Virus record (IMG/VR): IMGVR_UViG_3300022746_000018
DNA: 64,000 nt
Strand: one strand, 5' to 3'
Source of the DNA: a virus
Below, one piece after another: positions 61,585-64,000 of this stretch. Below the pieces are notes generated by a model, which worked only from the letters and a program-made list of their open reading frames with translations, did not search any database and was not told where the DNA came from. How positions within the stretch are numbered: position 1 is the stretch's first letter; the number at the start of each line of letters is the position of its first letter. The position numbers were made by a program, and so were the translations under genes.

Positions 61585-63995
61585 TAAACTCTAACTCCTC
61601 TTACACGCTGGCTATCGTATTCACGGATCTTTCCAATTACTGCTCTAGCAATTGAGTCTGTATCCTGTGAGCCAGTAGTGTGAATATTAACACTATAGCT
61701 ATTATTATACACTGAACTGTTGTCAACGTTTGAGGAAATGTTATTGTTTACTGGAGATACCTGCGAAATTTGTGGAGTTGCAGAGTATGAAGGCATTTCA
61801 AAGTTTCCAGCGTTAATACTATCCATCAATCCAGAGCCATACTTCTTTACAGACGATCTGCTCATAATAAACTCTCCTGGAGTTAGCATGGCAGGAACTG
61901 TATCGGACCCTCTGGCAATAAAACCACCATTGGCATAATATCCCATTTTTGCCAATTCGTCTTTTGGCAGGAACTGAAGTCCTGCAGGAGCCTGAACTAG
62001 TGGTTTTGTTGTAGTGCTTATTGTAGATGATGAAGATGTTGCAGACTTTGGAGCCATTCCAAGTAACGCTCTCTCTTCATCCGATAACGCATCGGCACCG
62101 CTACTTTGAAGATGAATAAGTGCAAATCTTGCCTTTTCTGATCTATCTAATGAAGTATCTGGTGCAGGTGCAGGTATAGGTGTTACAGATCCTAATGCCT
62201 TTGTAGCTGCGACCATATCATAAACAGCCTTAGCTGCATTGTATTCATCAGTTCTTGCAGCAATGTTTGCCTTAATTGCAAGAATTGCTTGAGAGCTTTC
62301 AAAGTTATAAATGCTTTGCTCTATTGCCAGAATATCTGCTTCAATTTGTTTACGTGTCATCATGGTTCCATTTACCGATACCATTATTGAATCAAGTTCA
62401 CGTTGGTGTGCAGTATCAAGGGCATCTTTTTGATCTTGCATTGCACGATCAGCAGAATTCTTTCTAGCTTGTTGAACTGCTCTAGCTGCTGCTGCCATGT
62501 CACCAGTGGTAATTGCTGATGCTACGTCAAGTTGGTCTTGCTGTGCCTGAGAAATCGCTTCTTGTGCTTTTTGAATTTCATCAAGTGCCTTAGTTCTTTC
62601 GTCATAGGTCTTATTGATGGCATCTTCTTTTCTAGATATTTCTTCTAGTGCCTGGTTATCCATAGCAAGCTTGTTCTGCTTTGCTTCCATGCCAAACTTA
62701 GCTTCAGCTGCAGATAGTTCTGCATTTGCAGAGTCAAGTCTTGCCTGGGCAGCATCCATAGCCTTTTCTTCGGTTGACTTTGCTGCTTCGGCTGCTGCAT
62801 CGCTGGCTGCTTGTGCTGCATCATCGATTAACTTTTGATTAGCATCAATTTCTCCTTGAAGAGATATCTGCTGTCTCATTGCAGCAAGAATTGCATCTCT
62901 CTTCTTTTTGGTATTTGCTGATGCCCATGCTTCTTGCCACATAGAATCTGCAGAAAGTTTTGCAGCATCTGCAATGCTAAAGCCAAGACTCTTCAGGCTG
63001 GTCTGAAGTCCTATCTGTGCTCTAAAGTTTTTTACGTTTGTTGATACAGAATTAAGAGCTTCCTGGATAACCTTTTTATCATATGCTTCTTTAAGGGCTT
63101 TTCCTGCAGCCTTAAGGGTAAATACTCCATTCTTATTGATATATCCGTAATAGTCTCTAGTCTTTTTATCCATTCCAGCAATAATTTCTTGCATACCTGC
63201 TGTAATGTCCTTATTTCTAATAAGTTGTTTTCCTAATACTGCTGCAGCAGCTGCTGCTCTCATATCTTTAAGTGGAGCCTTGACATCTACCTTGTTGGCT
63301 CCTGAACTATTATTGCTTGTATCTGGAGTTGTATATGTCTGTTTAAATATCTTAAAGATATCTCCATAAGCTTTCAAATCTTTTTTAGCTTGTGCAATTT
63401 TTCCAGCATTGTTTGACATAAGACCAGAAACAATGTTCTGACCCTTTGTAGGATCTGCCTGAAGTATTGTCAGAAGCATTAGCTGGTCATTAACATTTCT
63501 TAGTCCTGCAGCTGCAGTTCTTGCAGTTGGGCCTCCAAGAGAACCAATAGTATTTAATAGATTTGCTTTTCCTTGAGCTGATTTACTTATGTTGGCAGCA
63601 ATTTCTCCAATTGATGCTCCAAATTGCTTTGAGTTAATAATGCCCTTGCCGAATTGTGCTGCTAGGTCAGCAATGCCTTGCTTGAAGTTATTTGATGAAG
63701 CTTTTGCTGCATTGGCTTTTCCTACAAAACTATTAAAGTCTGCATTCTTAAAGAATTCTAAATCTGCTCTTTGCTGGTCAGTTAGATTCTTAGCCTTGCC
63801 AAGGTCTGAACCAACAAATGCATCTACTCTTTTACCTCGTTGCCATTTAGCAAGTTCGGCGTTTCCAGAAGCAGTAACATCTTGTGCCACTTTTTTGGCT
63901 AGATCTGCTCTTCCCTTTTTTGTGGTTACGTCTATATCTGCAAAGGTAAGCTTTAGAGATTCTTTTCCTGCTGCAATTTGAAGAGCTTTAATCAT
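61584..63995 (-). CDS. tail tape measure protein
   Basis: 803 aa and highly alpha-helical, Ala/Gln/Lys-rich. C-terminal GGFIARGSDTVPAMLTPGEFIMS motif typical of TMPs. The start lies 5 nt from the window edge. Confidence 0.85.
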   Translation of the reverse strand: MIKALQIAAGKESLKLTFADIDVTTKKGRADLAKKVAQDVTASGNAELAKWQRGKRVDAFVGSDLGKAKNLTDQQRADLEFFKNADFNSFVGKANAAKASSNNFKQGIADLAAQFGKGIINSKQFGASIGEIAANISKSAQGKANLLNTIGSLGGPTARTAAAGLRNVNDQLMLLTILQADPTKGQNIVSGLMSNNAGKIAQAKKDLKAYGDIFKIFKQTYTTPDTSNNSSGANKVDVKAPLKDMRAAAAAAVLGKQLIRNKDITAGMQEIIAGMDKKTRDYYGYINKNGVFTLKAAGKALKEAYDKKVIQEALNSVSTNVKNFRAQIGLQTSLKSLGFSIADAAKLSADSMWQEAWASANTKKKRDAILAAMRQQISLQGEIDANQKLIDDAAQAASDAAAEAAKSTEEKAMDAAQARLDSANAELSAAEAKFGMEAKQNKLAMDNQALEEISRKEDAINKTYDERTKALDEIQKAQEAISQAQQDQLDVASAITTGDMAAAARAVQQARKNSADRAMQDQKDALDTAHQRELDSIMVSVNGTMMTRKQIEADILAIEQSIYNFESSQAILAIKANIAARTDEYNAAKAVYDMVAATKALGSVTPIPAPAPDTSLDRSEKARFALIHLQSSGADALSDEERALLGMAPKSATSSSSTISTTTKPLVQAPAGLQFLPKDELAKMGYYANGGFIARGSDTVPAMLTPGEFIMSRSSVKKYGSGLMDSINAGNFEMPSYSATPQISQVSPVNNNISSNVDNSSVYNNSYSVNIHTTGSQDTDSIARAVIGKIREYDSQRVRGVRV

Positions 63996-64000
63996 ACTGT

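Overview
This window looks like about 64 kb of a tailed (siphovirus-like) dsDNA phage genome. It is AT-rich by eye, and the host is probably an actinobacterium: the phage carries WhiB and NrdHIEF and has many leaderless genes. Two transcription blocks converge near 12 kb. (1) Positions 1-11.9 kb (+ strand) form an early region of about 37 very small genes. They sit in roughly 12 cassettes, each built as GC-rich G4-N4-C4 element, short direct repeats, sigma70-like promoter, AAAGGA-type RBS, then mini-genes. (2) Positions 12.5-64 kb (- strand) read, in transcription order: tape measure, Dit/Tal-like and other tail genes; a replication and recombination module (DnaB, primase, gp32-like SSB, DnaE, MazG, NrdH, RecA-like, Cas4-like nuclease, RuvC); terminase; a Sec-signal surface-type protein; class Ib RNR; a PA14 protein; endonuclease VII; tRNAs; HNH; endolysin; a four-gene sugar or polyol-phosphate cassette; WhiB, Hsp20, Dps and GroES; ThyX and dNMP kinase; and RtcB. 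I hand-folded 14 tRNA or tRNA-like genes. The most unusual signals are listed here. The convergence gap holds an oriC-like module (iterons, AT-rich 12-mers, co-oriented DnaA boxes). A conserved AAATGTC element sits at about -30 of the early promoters. A 12-copy G4-N4-C4 motif is confined to the early region. Four tRNAs are interleaved with structured spacers of about 165-190 nt. A type-I tRNA carries a Leu anticodon. A secreted PA14 protein appears to start at ATT. All coordinates, folds and motif counts were made by eye, without tools.
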